Shown: positions 7,101-8,897 of the stretch, in pieces | Position numbering within the stretch: the first letter of the stretch is position 1 | How the letters are laid out: every line of letters starts with the position of its first letter | Origin: Octopus sinensis | Taxonomy: Eukaryota | Length of the DNA: 8,897 nucleotides | Direction of reading: 5' to 3' | NCBI RefSeq assembly: GCF_006345805.1 | Contig: NW_021828326.1 | Span: 1 to 8,897, forward strand | Program-made: the position numbers and the translations under genes | The notes under the pieces: generated by a model | Databases searched by the model: none | The model's input: the letters and a program-made list of their open reading frames with translations, nothing else | What the model was told of the DNA's origin: nothing

Positions 7101-7676
7101 CAATGCCGTCCTAAGATATGTGTACCCAGAGCACATGCCCGGGGCTTGTACGGACCCAGGGACCCAGTTCTAATTTACGAGAGGGTTCTGAAAAGAATCT
7201 GGCTTTGGGTAAAAGAAAATACAGAAGGATCAGTTAATTATGATTTTATTCAACATATTCCCCTCCTCTCAGATTCACGCCCTTATTACAGCTGTCCTTC
7301 AGTTTTTCTATGCCCTGGAAAAGATCTCGGAAGGTTAGGCCTCCAACCAGACCGTTAGCGATATTCTTAAAGCCAAGAACTTTACAGCCCACGCTCGTAT
7401 GTATGATATGACTTATTATCAATTAATAAATACTATAGGACCAATGCATTGATTTGACTGGCTAAGAGGTCTCTCAATCTTAGGAGCTAAATTCTGATCT
7501 ATGTATCCTATAGCTTGATCTCAATAAATATAAGAGTTCAATGCATAGACCTGCCCAGGGAAGCGGCCTACGTGCCTAAAGACCATTTTTGATATGTGTG
7601 CTGTGGCTTGCTGATGATAAATAGATTCTATAAGGCCTAGAGCTTGGGGGCCTATAATGTTGCTAAGATAATTCTG
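7101..7676. mobile_element. Possible decayed non-autonomous DNA transposon (MITE-like)
   Basis: A unique-sequence block with sharp edges inside the triplet tract. Termini are CA...TG, with GC-rich subterminal GCCCGGGGC and GGGGGCC motifs. Flanking 8-mers GGTGATAG and GATGATGG match 6/8. TIR match is poor (about 6/15). Confidence 0.35.
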
Positions 7677-7709
7677 GATGATGGTTGCGTTAATAATCAT
7701 GATGATGGA

Positions 7710-7911
7710 AAAGGCGGCGTGCTGGCAGAATCGTTAGCGCGCCGGGGAAAATGATTAGCGACACTTCATCCGAGTTCAAATTCTGCAGAGGTCGACTTTG
7801 TTTTTTATCCTTTCGGGGTCGATAAAATAAGTGTCAGTTTCACACTGGTGTCGATGTAATTGAATTATCTCTTACCCTGAAGATGCTTGACCTGTGCTAA
7901 CATTTGAAACC
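7710..7911 (+). mobile_element. Full-length tRNA-related SINE with 18-bp TSD
   Basis: Head GGCGGCGTGCTGGCAGAATCGTTAG and B-box-like GAGTTCAAATTC; the core is shared with 319-438 and 2223-2358. TSD AATAATCAT(G/T)ATGATGGA at 7692-7709 and 7912-7929 (17/18 identical). Confidence 0.9.
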
Positions 7912-8521
7912 AATAATCATTATGATGGAGATATTAATTGTAATGGTTTTGGTGTGGTAAGCGTAGTGTTAATGGTGGTGGTGACAATTTACTGGTAAAT
8001 GTGGTAGCGTTGTGATGGTAGTGGTTGCAATGTTCGTAGAATTAAGGCCGTGGTGTCAGTGGTGACATGGTAGTTGCTATAGTGATGGTGGTATCCAGCT
8101 ATATTAATGGTAATGGTGTTTAGTAGTTGAGACAGCGGTGATGGACGTGAAAAGACGGTGGTTGTGGTGCTGACTGACAGTTTTGCTGTTGTTGGTAGTG
8201 GTAATGGTGGTGTTGGTGCTGATGGTGATTGACATCGTGTTGACTGCAGTTTTTAGTGGTTGCAGTTTTGTGGCAATGGTGAAGGTTTTGAAGGTGGTGG
8301 TAGTGGTGGCAGTACCAGTGATATGGTGATGGTAATGGCGGTTGTCACAGTGGTAGTCGCTGTTTCAGTTCTTACTGTTATTGTGGTGGTGGTGACGGTG
8401 GTCATGTTGATGATTGATACCGTAGAAGCTGCAGATAAGAGTTCAGTGGTGAAGATAACGATGGGGTTATTGTAGGTGGTGGTTGTGGTGGTAGAAATTT
8501 TGAAGGGGTGATGCTGAGAGG

Positions 8522-8720
8522 ATGCTTCCTATTATTTGTATGGCTCGGGGACGTCAGCTCGGACTGATTGGTCACGTTGCTACTGTTGGATCCAGCGATT
8601 TTGTGTTCTCTTCTCTGAGGATCCAGCTGGGGCTACTACTCGTGTCGGTCAGCCACATGCCTCATGGTCACGGCTGATGATAAGTATTTTGCGGGGATGT
8701 GGACTGACTGGGACATTGCT
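8522..8720 (+). mobile_element. Decayed RTE-clade LINE, C-terminal part of the reverse-transcriptase ORF
   Basis: Across frameshifts it reads RGRQLGLIGHVA / LDPA / VLFSEDPAG..RVGQPHASWSR. This matches the recalled RTE C-terminal pattern RQLRxxGHVAR..DPA..DP..R..GRP..SWL. Confidence 0.65.
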
Positions 8721-8728
8721 CGATGGTC

Positions 8729-8897
8729 CTCCGTCACTTACGACGAGTGTTCCAGCGGAAGCGATCAACGAAACAGCCTGCTCATGAAATTGATGTGGAA
8801 GTGATTAAGCACTCCACAGACATGCATTCATTTAATATAATTTTCAAGGAGATCCCTTTTCAAGGAGATCCCTTAAATTATAAGTACACCTCATTTT
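8729..8897 (-). mobile_element. 3' body of an octopus-type SINE continuing beyond the window
   Basis: CTCCGTC..TTACGACGAG..GATCAACG.AACAGCCTGCTC.TGAAATT..AGCACTCCACAGACA matches my recall of an abundant octopus SINE in reverse orientation. There is no second copy in the window to confirm it. Confidence 0.55.
8841..8872. repeat. Perfect tandem duplication, 2 x TTTTCAAGGAGATCCC
   Basis: Identical 16-mers at 8841-8856 and 8857-8872. Confidence 0.95.

Larger units (their letters stand above)
6876..8510. repeat. Long degenerate (GGT/GAT/AGT/GTT)n trinucleotide tract, interrupted by insertions at 7101-7676 and 7710-7911
   Basis: G/T-rich triplet periodicity at 6876-7100, 7677-7709 and 7912-8510. 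Confidence 0.8.

Noticed and set aside
8255-8515. Thr-rich mucin-like open stretch on the minus strand and Val-rich ORF on the plus strand
   Set aside because: Both are expected from the degenerate GGT/ACC triplet tract. The frame breaks repeatedly across the tract and there is no convincing donor.

Overview
AT-rich eukaryotic genomic DNA, not prokaryotic. It is dense in (AT)n/(AC)n/(ATGT)n microsatellites, degenerate (GGT/GAT)n tracts and tRNA-derived SINEs. The SINE families and repeat landscape look like Octopus (coleoid cephalopod) intronic DNA; this is my recall, not a database result. No complete gene, true tRNA, rRNA or CRISPR array is supported, and essentially all ORFs in the supplied track are translations of simple repeats. 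Best supported: two SINEs with clear target-site duplications (2369-2673, 7710-7911), a SINE-in-SINE nested insertion, several more SINE fragments, a decayed RTE-type LINE RT C-terminus (about 8522-8720) and a 760-bp ATGT array. Tentative: up to four small minus-strand exons with consensus donors that can be spliced into one open frame. I do not recognise the protein. I found no evidence for a new multi-gene system; the most interesting signals concern how repeats may shape splicing and dsRNA formation around these candidate exons.
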